DNA from: Promethearchaeota archaeon
Lineage (GTDB): Archaea > Asgardarchaeota > Lokiarchaeia > Sigyniarchaeales > SOKP01
NCBI GenBank assembly: GCA_004524535.1
Contig: SDNY01000001.1
Coordinates: 1-64,000 of the forward strand
DNA: 64,000 bases
Direction of reading: 5' to 3'
In this document: positions 1 through 10,302 of the stretch, in pieces
Layout: each line of letters opens with the position of its first letter
Position numbering within the stretch: position 1 is the stretch's first letter
Made by a program: the position numbers and the translations under genes
The notes under the pieces: generated by a model
The model's database searches: none
The model's input: only the letters and a program-made list of their open reading frames with translations
What the model was told of the DNA's origin: nothing

Positions 1-140
1 CTTAATTAGAGAGTGGGTTGCATTGGTGCTAGAGGGTCGCAGGCAGGTAATTAGATTACCATACCTAGCGAATGCTCTCAAATTAAGTTCAAGGAAAAAA
101 AGTTTTGTGATTAGAAGCGAACTTTAGTTCGCAAGGAGTT
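1..140. ncRNA. Possible tail of a structured non-coding RNA or RNA trailer, cut by the window edge, followed by hairpin and T-run
   Basis: GC-richer than flanks. CTTAATTAGAGAGT (1-14) can pair with GCTCTCAAATTAAG (74-87). Internal GCTAG/CTAGC and GGTAAT/ATTACC stems. Hairpin GCGAAC-TTTA-GTTCGC (117-132) followed by a T-run. Confidence 0.3.
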
Positions 141-164
141 TTTTTCTTATTTTTTAAAAGTTCA

Positions 165-2075
165 TCATTTTGTAATATCCATTACAAATTCAAACACTCC
201 TCCTTCAATATGCTTAGAAGTGATTCTATACCCAGATGTATTTATAATATGGAGCATTGATTTATTTTCAAGGAGAATAGAGCCAGAAAAGAATTTATAA
301 TTGAGTTCTCTAGCAATTATAACTAAATAATTCAATAAATATTTTGATATTCCGTTTCCGCGCCAATTTTCATGGACAATAAAAGCAATTTCAGCTGTTG
401 ATGGACTTATCGTTTTAAAAAATCCACCTGTAGCAATAATTTTTTGTTCACCATTTTCAAAATATTCTCCAACTAAGATCATATTTGTGGAATAATCAAT
501 AATTATTTGAGATTGTGTTTTTTTATGTCGAAAATCTCTTACAGGATAAAAAAATCTTAAATATCTATCTTCCTTATCCAATGAATAATAAAGCTCTTGA
601 AGTATCCTTTCATCAGTTGGTTTAACAGGACGAATTTTAATTGTTTTTCCATTCTTTAACTTAAAAGATGTCTCGTATTTTTCAGGATATTGACTTATTC
701 TTCCATCGATGGATTTCGGTAAAGTCTGATCTGCATAAACTAAATTCCATTTCTTCGCATGATTTAATAGATCTTCTCGAAAGTCGGGATGAGCAATATT
801 AATCATCTCCAAGATTCGCTCTCTTATACTCTTTCCATAAAGATAAGCAATACCCCATTCAGTAATGACATAGTGTACATCTCCCCGAGTAACAACCACA
901 CCAGAACCTTCATCTAAATGAGGGACAATACGAGAAATGACGGTTCCATCTTCCAATGTTGCTGTGCTGGGCAAAACCATTATAGGCTTTCCATCTTTTG
1001 CGCGACCTGCACCTCTTATAAAATCTACTTGCCCTCCTATACCGCTATAAAATCTGTGCCCCAAGGAATCAGAATTCACTTGTCCTGTTAAATCTACCGT
1101 AAGAGCAGCATTAATCGCTACTTGTTTATTGTTCTTGCTAATGATATATGGATCATTCGTATAATCAGAAGGATGAAATTCACACATTGGATTATCATCT
1201 ACAAAATTATAGAGCTTCTTTGAACCCATAACGAATGAGCATATAATTTTGTCTTTATGAATCGTTTTTTTTTTACATGTAACTACTCCTTTCTCCACTA
1301 AATCAACAATCCCATCTGAAAATACTTCACTATGCACACCTAAATTTTTTTTTTCCACTAATTCTTTCGTAACAGCATTAGGAATCTGTCCAATTCCCAT
1401 TTGAATTGTGGATTCATCTTCTATCAAGGAAGCAACGAATTTTGCTATCTTTTTCGCTTTTTCATCAGAATCTCCATAACTATATTCTATTATATCATGA
1501 TTCACGCTAACAAAAGTATCAATATCATCCATATGAATGAAAGAATCACCAAGAGTACGCGGCATTTTAGGATTTATTTCCGCTATAACTTTATCGGCAG
1601 CTTCTGCTATTGATTTTACAATATCAACATTAATCCCAAAACTGCAATATCCATATTTATCGGGAGGATTTACTTGAATAAGTGCAGTATCTAAATGCAT
1701 CTGTCCACTCTGAAAGATTCGAGGAATTTCTGATAATAACATTGGAGTATAGTCAGCAAAACCGGTTTTAATATACTTTCGAAGCGATTTTCCAATGAAA
1801 AATGCATTATGTCTGAAGAGATCCTCGATCCCTCCTGCTGTCTCATAATAATCAAGGTCGCTGAGACTTAAGAAATGTATAATTTCTACATCAGGAAGTA
1901 CAGGACCGAGTTCAATAAGTTTTTTTGTAAGATCAAGAGGCTCAGAACATCCAGAATCTATAAAAATTCGATCTCCTGGCTTAATAAATGTTTTAATTGC
2001 ATTTTCTGTAGTAGCTTGCTTATCTCTAAATTTTTTTAACGAAGATAAAATCTCTTTACTTATATCATTTGACAA
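165..2075 (-). CDS. Acetyl-CoA hydrolase/CoA-transferase fused to a C-terminal GNAT acetyltransferase
   Basis: QMGIG, HSE, SGIGGQVDF and VITEWG motifs of the 4-hydroxybutyrate CoA-transferase family; C-terminal IRP...RYLRFF...AEIAFIVHENWRGNGI GNAT motif. Confidence 0.9.
   Translation of the reverse strand: MSNDISKEILSSLKKFRDKQATTENAIKTFIKPGDRIFIDSGCSEPLDLTKKLIELGPVLPDVEIIHFLSLSDLDYYETAGGIEDLFRHNAFFIGKSLRKYIKTGFADYTPMLLSEIPRIFQSGQMHLDTALIQVNPPDKYGYCSFGINVDIVKSIAEAADKVIAEINPKMPRTLGDSFIHMDDIDTFVSVNHDIIEYSYGDSDEKAKKIAKFVASLIEDESTIQMGIGQIPNAVTKELVEKKNLGVHSEVFSDGIVDLVEKGVVTCKKKTIHKDKIICSFVMGSKKLYNFVDDNPMCEFHPSDYTNDPYIISKNNKQVAINAALTVDLTGQVNSDSLGHRFYSGIGGQVDFIRGAGRAKDGKPIMVLPSTATLEDGTVISRIVPHLDEGSGVVVTRGDVHYVITEWGIAYLYGKSIRERILEMINIAHPDFREDLLNHAKKWNLVYADQTLPKSIDGRISQYPEKYETSFKLKNGKTIKIRPVKPTDERILQELYYSLDKEDRYLRFFYPVRDFRHKKTQSQIIIDYSTNMILVGEYFENGEQKIIATGGFFKTISPSTAEIAFIVHENWRGNGISKYLLNYLVIIARELNYKFFSGSILLENKSMLHIINTSGYRITSKHIEGGVFEFVMDITK
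1904..2008. repeat. 105-bp perfect direct repeat (copy 1; copy 2 at 6026-6130) inside a diverged duplicate of the CoA-transferase 5' end
   Basis: Base-by-base comparison, gaccgagttc...attttctg identical at both loci. Confidence 0.9.
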
Positions 2076-2507
2076 TCATATCACCTAATTATAATAAGGA
2101 AGATTTACTTTAATATATGTTAATAAAAGTGATCTTAATACCATCGATATCTACTAATGCAAGGATAATATTCATTCATTAAATTATCTTCTTCTTCAAT
2201 AACATCAGAATCAAAATCTGCTTTTATTTCATCTCTTACTATTGCCTCTACTATTTTTATCACTTCTTTTACATTAATTATTATAATTTCGAATAAAATT
2301 CGTTTTATTTTATATATAAATTTAGATTGTAAAAAATGCTATTCAATATTATATATAACACTCCTCTAATTTATGTTTGTCGAACCACGTTTGGTCTATT
2401 CATATATTGTGCGGACATAATTCGATAGATTTAAATAATATAAAAACATTTTTTAATTAAAATAAAAATTCTATCTTCTAAAAAAAAAATAAAAATATGG
2501 AAGGAAT

Positions 2508-2943
2508 ATGATTATAAATAAATTTGTTGATTTTGATAAAGATAAACAAGTCATTTACTATAATATATATTTAAATGATGAAAATATCATAACAAAAATA
2601 CCTATTATCTCTATATCTAAGAAAGAAAAGCCTATTGAAGATATAATAATCGAAAAGCTAGACCTAATAGAATATACATATACATTTTTACTCAATTGTG
2701 AGCAAAGGTAAAGCATTTGAAAATTTTTTTTTTTAGAATTAGAATTTAATTGAGAGAAAAGAATTTCGCATTATAAAGGTGAATATTATTAAAAAAAATA
2801 TAAAATATCGGGATCTAATAAATAAAGATATAGTAGAAACTCAATATTGTTGCTTGCAAGGGGAGTATTTATTTCATGATATAAATGAGCTAAGAGATTT
2901 TAGTAATGAAAATGATGTTTTTTCTATATATGATGTTTTTTAA
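2508..2943 (+). pseudogene. Two consecutive short ORFs (2508-2711, 67 aa; 2779-2943, 54 aa), possibly one broken hypothetical gene
   Basis: Same strand, separated by a poly-T tract; no recognisable family. Confidence 0.3.
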
Positions 2944-2976
2944 AAATTTATTAAAGAAGGTAAATTATTCAAAAAA

Positions 2977-3201
2977 ATGAAATATGTCTATGGACCGGTA
3001 CCGAGCAGGAGATTAGGAAGGTCATTAGGGATTGATCCTATTCCCTCGAAAACTTGTAATTACCAATGCATTTATTGTCAATTAGGAAGAACAATAAATT
3101 TTACCAATGAAAGAAAAAATTATTATCCAAAAGAAGAAATTATTGCTGAAGTGAGAGAGGCAATCAAACAACATGAAAATAATCTAGAAAAAAAAAAATG
3201 A
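2977..3201 (+). pseudogene. Truncated radical SAM protein (N-terminal fragment only)
   Basis: [18 protein letters not shown]...CNYQCIYC typical of a widespread ~300-aa radical SAM family; ends after 74 aa in a poly-A run with no continuation seen. Confidence 0.75.
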
Positions 3202-3302
3202 TTCTTAATTAAAATAAAATTAAATAAATAAATGATCACTCCTGATAATTAAGACAAAAATATGATTAAACTTAAAACATTAAAGATATCCCTGCATAGA
3301 CT

Positions 3303-4496
3303 TTATTTTATGTAATCTAATTTGAATTCTAGAAGACTTTTTAATTGATCACTTATTTTTTTTAGAAGAACTTCTTCTTCTTTAATGAATTCCCTTTCTT
3401 CAAGGTAATGTACGTTAATAATTAATTCTTTATTCCCAATAAAACACGAATTTGAAATTTTCCAAGGTGTTTCATGATAATTTTGAGTTTTATATTCGCG
3501 ATTCCAAAAATGAATTCGAGCACATATTAATTCTGGAATTTGCCATGCATTTGGAATTATTTTGAGGGTACCTCCCAGTAATTCACCAATAGAGATTGTT
3601 GGATGATTGATTAATCTGATAATTTCATATAAGCAATTAATTTCTATGACTTTTTTCCTTAGATTTTTTTCGGATTCGATTAATTTTTTCTCAGTTTTTC
3701 TACGATTTGTAATATCATTGAATACTGAAACAATTTCTCCTGATGGTATTTTATACACATAATTCTCCACCCAAAGGGAAATCCTTCCATCTCTATATAA
3801 GGTTACTGGATGATGCTTAGGTTCACCAGTCTTCCATACCTTTTTGAAAACATCAAGAAGTCCACTTTTAATAACACCTGGAAATAACTTAATAATACTT
3901 CCTCCAATGACCTTTTCCTTCTTTCTTTTACTAATGTTTTCCCCATACTTATTAATATCCTTCAATATAAAATCTTTACCATCATTAGTAACTTCATATA
4001 CAGCTACTCCAATGCTTATATGATTAAAAAGTTCCCTATATTTTTTTTCAGATTCCTTTAATTTTAACTCAGTATTTTTTTGATTTGTTATATCTCGAAT
4101 AAGTTCAATAGCTCCTATAATATTTCCTTGAAAATCATATAATGGACAAGCTTTTGCCCATAAATATGACCCTCCTTTTCTTAGAAATGGGACATAAGTT
4201 TCTGCTATAAGTGTATCTTTTTTCCTTTTAAACATTAAAAATTTCTTTTCAATCTTTTTTTGGGGATTGAGCGCTAAATTTATTAAAATCGGTCTTTTCT
4301 CTCCATAAAAAGGTAGTGAGTATTCAAGGCTACTTTTATTTAAGATATCTTCTGCTTTTATGTTTGTTAGTTCTTCCATTGCCTTATTCCATGCAATTAC
4401 TTTTCCCTTAGTATTAATAATGAAAGCAGCATCTGGTAATAATTGAATTATTTCTGCCAAAACTAATCCGGAATACTGTTTTTTAAGATTTTTCAT
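3303..4496 (-). CDS. Multi-PAS sensor protein without an evident output domain
   Basis: Two PAS/PAC units (PDAAFII...WNKAMEELT...RDIT; ...FNDITNRRK) and a C-terminal GAF-like segment. Confidence 0.8.
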   Translation of the reverse strand: MKNLKKQYSGLVLAEIIQLLPDAAFIINTKGKVIAWNKAMEELTNIKAEDILNKSSLEYSLPFYGEKRPILINLALNPQKKIEKKFLMFKRKKDTLIAETYVPFLRKGGSYLWAKACPLYDFQGNIIGAIELIRDITNQKNTELKLKESEKKYRELFNHISIGVAVYEVTNDGKDFILKDINKYGENISKRKKEKVIGGSIIKLFPGVIKSGLLDVFKKVWKTGEPKHHPVTLYRDGRISLWVENYVYKIPSGEIVSVFNDITNRRKTEKKLIESEKNLRKKVIEINCLYEIIRLINHPTISIGELLGGTLKIIPNAWQIPELICARIHFWNREYKTQNYHETPWKISNSCFIGNKELIINVHYLEEREFIKEEEVLLKKISDQLKSLLEFKLDYIK

Positions 4497-5081
4497 TATA
4501 CTATTTTTTTGGTTAGATTCTGAGATTTGTACTTGAATAATTTAACCACCTCAAATTATATAATAAATATTTATAATATAGATTTGTCATACCACCTAAA
4601 CCAAAGTCTTTTAGTCTTATTCAGTTGCTTTTTGTTAGTTCTATGTTCTCTCGAATATCATTCATTTTTAGGTTTTTTTGATCTATATTATTAAAAATTC
4701 GATATTATGTATTCTATATAATTTATCATTTTTAAATCTATCGAATCTTGTTCGGTGCATTTAAATATAATCGCACATTATACTAAATAATAAATTATTA
4801 AATAGAGATTTTTCAAAGATTCAATTTTTTTTAATTTCAAAATTTTCTTAAAAACTGAAATTAAAATTAACGAATAACTAGAATATGTCTTACGTTGGGA
4901 GAATTAGATCCTTATAAATTAATAAAAGAAAAATATAATCGTCTTATCTTAGATTATTATGACGAAATTAAAGATCTTGTTGAAAAATCAGAAGAGTAAT
5001 TGTATAGAAAAGCAAAGTATTTTGTTATTAAAATCTATTTATTGATTAGACTCACACAATAATATTCTATTAAAATAAAAA

Positions 5082-5942
5082 ATGTCTTTAAAGAATCCTT
5101 ACACCGGTTTTAAAATCAGAATGGAAAAAATGCTCGTTCATGGAGCATTAGGAGATAAAGCGTTATTTTTAGCATGTGATCAAGGTTTTGAGCATAAAGC
5201 AGATTTTACTATACCAGAAGCAAGTAATCCCGATTATATTATGTCAATTGCCGAAAAAGCACAAATTCCTTTAATTTTACATAAAGGAACTTATTTACGT
5301 TATGCTGATAAACATCCTAATGTTGCAATGGTACTTAAACTCAACGGTAAAACAGAATTATTTTACGATAATCGCCCTCCACAAGGAGGGCTTGATTGTA
5401 CAGTTCAAGAAGCACTCGGAATTTGCCCAAATTTAGTAGCAGTTGGATATAGTTTATATGTAGGAGGTCAAAAAGAAACTGAACAAATAACAGAATTAGC
5501 AACAATAGTAAGAGAGGCACGAGCATATCAAATACCTGTAATTGTTTGGTCGTATGTTAGACAACATAATCCAAGGTTAAAACCTGAAGAAGGCAAAATG
5601 GAAAATGTGAGATATGCTGCTCGTGTGGCTTTTGAAAATGGAGCTGATATGGTTAAGTTATATTATCCAGAAAATAAGGATGGATTAAGAAAAGTTAAGG
5701 AATATGCTCCAGGTATTTTTTGCTTAATTGCAGGAGGAGCAAAAGCAAATACGGTTGATATTGCATTCCATACTGCTTATGATATTGCACATGTATTAGA
5801 TGGAATGGCAATTGGAAGAAACATTTTCCAAGATCCTAAACCTGTTAATAAAGCTCTTGGTTATAAAGCAATCTTTGAAGGAAAAAGCATTAAAGAAGCC
5901 TTAGAAATATACAATCGTGAAAAAATTCCCATTTTAATTTAG
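5082..5942 (+). CDS. fba: Class I fructose-bisphosphate aldolase, DhnA family
   Basis: LACDQGFEH, LKLNG, GADMVK (Schiff-base Lys), AGG and GRNIFQ motifs. Confidence 0.8.
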   Translation: MSLKNPYTGFKIRMEKMLVHGALGDKALFLACDQGFEHKADFTIPEASNPDYIMSIAEKAQIPLILHKGTYLRYADKHPNVAMVLKLNGKTELFYDNRPPQGGLDCTVQEALGICPNLVAVGYSLYVGGQKETEQITELATIVREARAYQIPVIVWSYVRQHNPRLKPEEGKMENVRYAARVAFENGADMVKLYYPENKDGLRKVKEYAPGIFCLIAGGAKANTVDIAFHTAYDIAHVLDGMAIGRNIFQDPKPVNKALGYKAIFEGKSIKEALEIYNREKIPILI

Positions 5943-6197
5943 ATTTTCAATATTACCCGCTGTTTCGTAGTAATCTAGATCACTAAGGCTTAAAAAGTGT
6001 AAAATCTCAACATCTGGAAGTTCCTGACCGAGTTCAATAAGTTTTTTTGTAAGATCAAGAGGCTCAGAACATCCAGAATCTATAAAAATTCGATCTCCTG
6101 GCTTAATAAATGTTTTAATTGCATTTTCTGCGGTAACTTGCTTATCTCTAAATTTTTTCAAGTTAGAAAAAATATCTTTACTTAAATCGTTTAACAA
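5934..6197 (-). pseudogene. 5' remnant (87 aa) of a paralog of the acetyl-CoA transferase at 165-2075
   Basis: Near-identical N-terminal protein sequence, truncated where it meets the aldolase 3' end. Confidence 0.85.
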
Positions 6198-6340
6198 TCA
6201 TATCACTTCTAAAAAGAAATCTAAATTTCTCTTTTAAAGAAAGTTCCTTCCATTAAAAAAATCTTACTATTTTTCTTTTTTATTTTTTTTATCCACTGTT
6301 AACCTTTAAATATATATATTCTTATAGTATATTTGAATAA

Positions 6341-6556
6341 ATGCGTCCGTCTGAAATTTTTAACCAATATCAAGACAATAAAATTGATAGATCTACCGCT
6401 ATTTCAGCTTTAAAATCATTTTTAGAGAATAGCAGCGATGACAAAATTAGAATAAATTCTTCATTTTCTTGCACCAATCTTTTTTCTCTAGTTAATATTG
6501 GGGGATCTTCTATTTTAATGTTTTTTTCGAAGCTAATGCTTTATACGCCACAATGA
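6341..6556 (+). pseudogene. Probable N-terminal fragment of a helical-repeat protein
   Basis: First ~38 aa look like a real helical N-terminus; the rest is atypical and short. Confidence 0.3.
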
Positions 6557-6712
6557 TTGATAGATATATTTATAAAAAACTAAATTAGCCAAAGATTTAA
6601 ATGAAATTAATTTAAGTTTTTAAAAAATAAATAAAATAAATAAAAGGCATTAATGCAAATTATTAGATTTTTTTTTTAATAAAAAAAAACTAATTTTGGA
6701 GATTAACCAATC

Positions 6713-8071
6713 GTGTTTTTATTCTTACAATTATTTGTAATTAGTTGCTTCATTGTTGTCATCATTGCGCTTTTCAACGAAAAGACAGATTTTCTAATAT
6801 TTAGCATTGCTGCCATGTTTGCTGCTGCCGTTGCTACTTTTATTCTATTACCTGGAGCGGTTATCATCGAAGATATTATTTTAGCAATTAACTGGGAAAT
6901 TGTCTTTTTTTTAATATCGTTATTCACCATCGTGGAGGTATTAGAAGATAAGAGGATTTTTGAAGAAATTGCGTTAAGAATTACTAATAAATACCAGACG
7001 AACACGCGCAAATTTTTTTGGGTAATGTGTATTTTCGCAATCCTATGTGCCGCGTTTATAGAAGATATATCTGTTGCGATAATTTTTATTCCCATGACTA
7101 TTAGAACCTGTCAAAAAATGGACGTGAATCCCGCTCCTTTTCTTTTGGGCATAACAATTTGTATAAACCTCGCTTCAACTTTAACTCCCTTTGGATCTGC
7201 CGAGAATTTAATCATTGCCAATAAGTTTGGGCTAACGAGCACTTGGTTTTTTCTAAATATGGGCGTGTATTTCCTAATCACGACATTATTAACTCTTTTT
7301 CTTTTAGATCATTTCGTTTTGAAAAAATCTCTAAAAGAAATTTGGTTGCCCCATTGTATGATAAATGAAGAGCCTTTAGAGATGCAACATATAAAAGCGC
7401 ACGAATTGCTAATAGTGGAAGAGCCTATAGAAAAAAACGTATTTAATCGAAATATTGCTGCATTGTTAGTTTTTATAGTCCTTCTATTTTTAATTCCTAA
7501 CATCTTGTTTGTCGGCATATTAGGAGCTTTAATGTTTGTCGTAATAAATCCCCGAAAAAACAAGGATGGAAAAAAACGCCCCGATATATCTTTTTACCTA
7601 TCCAAAGTTGATTATACGCTCGTATTTTTCTTTATTTGCTTGTTTGTTTTAGCATTTTGTATGGAAGTTAATGGAACCGTTTTAGTAATAAAAAATATAA
7701 TTATATCCGCATCCCCAGACGATTTGTTTCTAATTTGCATCCTAATTTTAATCGTTACTTCTATCTTGTCTGGATTCTTAGATAATGTCCCGGTAACCGT
7801 TTTATTTATTCCAATTTTTCATGTTTTAATAATTGGTGTGGGATTTGCTGCTACTCCTTTATTAATTGCATTCATTTTAGGAATAAATCTAGGAGGCAAC
7901 TTCTTACCTCAAGGTTCAGCCTGCGATATGATGACGCTCGAACTTGCGAAGAAAAATTATGTTCAAGATTTAGATTACAAGCGACTTTTAAAAGTCGGAG
8001 GTCTTTTTGCTTTATTACACATTATTTTAGGCATTGCCTATTTAGCATTTATTATTTTTATTTTTTACTAA
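6713..8071 (+). CDS. ArsB/NhaD/SLC13-type ion transporter (IT superfamily permease)
   Basis: About 11-12 TM segments; NLASTLTPFGSAEN and SGFLDNVP...NLGGNFLPQGS motifs. Confidence 0.85.
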   Translation: MFLFLQLFVISCFIVVIIALFNEKTDFLIFSIAAMFAAAVATFILLPGAVIIEDIILAINWEIVFFLISLFTIVEVLEDKRIFEEIALRITNKYQTNTRKFFWVMCIFAILCAAFIEDISVAIIFIPMTIRTCQKMDVNPAPFLLGITICINLASTLTPFGSAENLIIANKFGLTSTWFFLNMGVYFLITTLLTLFLLDHFVLKKSLKEIWLPHCMINEEPLEMQHIKAHELLIVEEPIEKNVFNRNIAALLVFIVLLFLIPNILFVGILGALMFVVINPRKNKDGKKRPDISFYLSKVDYTLVFFFICLFVLAFCMEVNGTVLVIKNIIISASPDDLFLICILILIVTSILSGFLDNVPVTVLFIPIFHVLIIGVGFAATPLLIAFILGINLGGNFLPQGSACDMMTLELAKKNYVQDLDYKRLLKVGGLFALLHIILGIAYLAFIIFIFY

Positions 8072-8348
8072 TTTTTAAAAAAAGTATTCAGAGATTATTC
8101 AATTTTTAATAAATAAATTAATATAATAAATAAGTTAAAAATCTTAAAGAATAAAGGAAATTAATTAAATATCAAAAATTTCGTCCCTAAACAAAATCTT
8201 ATTATTCATGATCCAAATATTATGAATAATATTAAAAAATATAGAATATTTATTCGGAAAAAATCTGGAAATCCGTAAAAAGTTTTCTTAAATAGGATGA
8301 AATAGAATTTTATCCTAAAACTTAAATAGATAAATATATATTATTCAT

Positions 8349-8807
8349 ATGATGGATAATATTGATAAAAAGATATTAAATATTTTACAGGAAAAATTTA
8401 GAATTTCATACAAGGATTTAGGTAAAGAAATGGGCATGGCAGCAAGTTCTGTTCACAATAGGGTTCAGAAAATGATAGATACAGGTATAATAAGAAAAGA
8501 AAATACTCTTATTGATCCATTTAAAGTAGGTTTCGAAACTATAGCGATTATTGGCCTTACTGTAGATCCTTTAAAAATGAAAGAAGTTGCTGAAAAAATT
8601 GCTTCTTATGATAATGTTCAGCTTGTAGCTACCTCAACAGGAGATCACGATTTAGTAGTGCGTGTTGTTGAAAAGAATGATAAATCTCTCTGGAGGTTTA
8701 TCAATAAGAAAATTAAGACTATAGAAGGGATAAGAACACAGATGGATGTATCAAGTCTTATTGACATTTTTAAAATGAATCATAGAATAAATTTAAAAGT
8801 CAAATAG
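8349..8807 (+). CDS. Lrp/AsnC family transcriptional regulator
   Basis: DNIDKKILNILQ...HNRVQKM HTH and C-terminal TGDHDL RAM domain. Confidence 0.9.
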   Translation: MMDNIDKKILNILQEKFRISYKDLGKEMGMAASSVHNRVQKMIDTGIIRKENTLIDPFKVGFETIAIIGLTVDPLKMKEVAEKIASYDNVQLVATSTGDHDLVVRVVEKNDKSLWRFINKKIKTIEGIRTQMDVSSLIDIFKMNHRINLKVK

Positions 8808-9089
8808 CCATTTGGAACATTTATAATTACTTTTTTGTTAAAATTGAATTCTAATGTAGGAACATTTGTGATGGCAGAATTTTTTTTTGAATAAACTTTA
8901 CTGTACTTAATAATACTTAAATAACTAATAAGTCTCAAATGTGGTAAATCCTAGTCATTTTCAAATCTTATTTTTCTTAATTAGTTAAGAATTATTGACA
9001 AAATTATTTAATAATAAATTGAATGAGAATCTTGCTATTTCTTATTTTATAAAAAGAGTAAAAAAAAATAAAAGATTTTTGAAAAAAAT

Positions 9090-9599
9090 CTATTTTTTGA
9101 TTTGAATTTTAGGATTAATTTTAGTAGCTCCACCAAAGTTAGTTATAACTGGGCAATGAGTAAGCACTTTATCCATTAACTCGTTTATTTTTTCTTCTGG
9201 AGCATCAGCTTTAATTCTGATTACAGGTTCTAATTTATCATAGCCTGGGAGCTTACTATCATCAATTCCGAATAATGCACCAAGATTAAGGTGCCCTCGA
9301 GAAAATACTTTCATTTCTTCAATCTTTATATCCATCAATAGAGCCCAAAATTTAGTCACTGCAATAATGCAAGCGCCAATCGAGGCTAAAATTACTAATA
9401 AGGGAGATGGTCCTTTATTTGTTCCACTTAATCCACCAGGAGCATCAATAAGTAATTTAAAATCATCTCCTGCAGGATTACCCATCGTACACATGGTTTG
9501 CATACCATCAGGTAGCATTTCACATTCAATATTGAAGTTTTTTTCTCCAGCAGCCCAATCTGCCTTAATAGCATCAAATGTTTCTTTAAAACTTGGCAT
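9090..9599 (-). CDS. OsmC/Ohr family protein
   Basis: D-P-GLSGTNKGPSP...LASIGAC and C-terminal CPV. Confidence 0.85.
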   Translation of the reverse strand: MPSFKETFDAIKADWAAGEKNFNIECEMLPDGMQTMCTMGNPAGDDFKLLIDAPGGLSGTNKGPSPLLVILASIGACIIAVTKFWALLMDIKIEEMKVFSRGHLNLGALFGIDDSKLPGYDKLEPVIRIKADAPEEKINELMDKVLTHCPVITNFGGATKINPKIQIKK

Positions 9600-9643
9600 A
9601 TTTAATTCCTCTTTTTGTTATTTTTAATTTATTTTATAGGTAG

Positions 9644-10161
9644 AAAGAATAATTATTCATATGATATAAATTCAATTTTTTGTTTTATAATGTACTAATT
9701 AATTATTACAATGAGAAGAAGAATTTAGTTCTTATCAAATGAAAAAGTAAATTTAGGATTTGCTAAAGATAAATTTCTAAAATTATTTATAATTTAATGA
9801 TTCAGAATTAATAATTTATAAACACTCTATTTATTAATTTTTCTTTTATTTTCAAATTTAAATTACAAATTATCTTAATTTTAATGTTATTAATAAATAT
9901 TCATAAAAAAATATCGGAAACAGAACTTAATTTTTGACGTAGATAGGTTATTTCAGATAAATTAATAAAATTATATTCCAGTTAGAAAGATAGATAAATT
10001 AAATCATTAAAATATATTAAAATTCTTATCTATTGAAGAATAAATTGATTATATTATATTAATTTTAAATATAAAATAAATAAAAATCATTTATTTTATA
10101 GAAATTTAAGAAATTCTTATTACATAAATTGAATAGTTATTCAAAAGAATAATTATTCATA
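9644..10161. promoter_or_regulatory. Repeated palindrome GAATAATTATTC (9647-9658, 10147-10158; variant 10131-10142) in the divergent osmC/vhuG intergenic region; candidate operator
   Basis: AAAGAATAATTATTCATA is identical at 9644 and 10144; variant GAATATTTATTC at 8244-8255 upstream of the lrp gene. Confidence 0.5.
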
Positions 10162-10302
10162 AAATAGCCAGATCAGTAATTTTTTAACCGTTAGTGTATA
10201 TTTCTATCCAACTAATAATTTTAAAGAAAAATGCTTAATAAACGTAAAACAAAATTAAAACTGAAAAACCTACAAAAATAAAAAATAAAGAGTGAAAAAA
10301 AA

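Noticed and set aside
6703-7563. Minus-strand ORFs 6703-7095 and 7309-7563
   Set aside because: Antisense to the membrane permease
8816-8872. Short GGAACATTT direct repeat downstream of lrp
   Set aside because: Only 9 bp in two copies; compatible with chance
9600-10302. Hidden UGA-containing vhuD or hdrA upstream of vhuG
   Set aside because: Region is extremely AT-rich with frequent TAA stops and no Cys/Gly-rich coding signal
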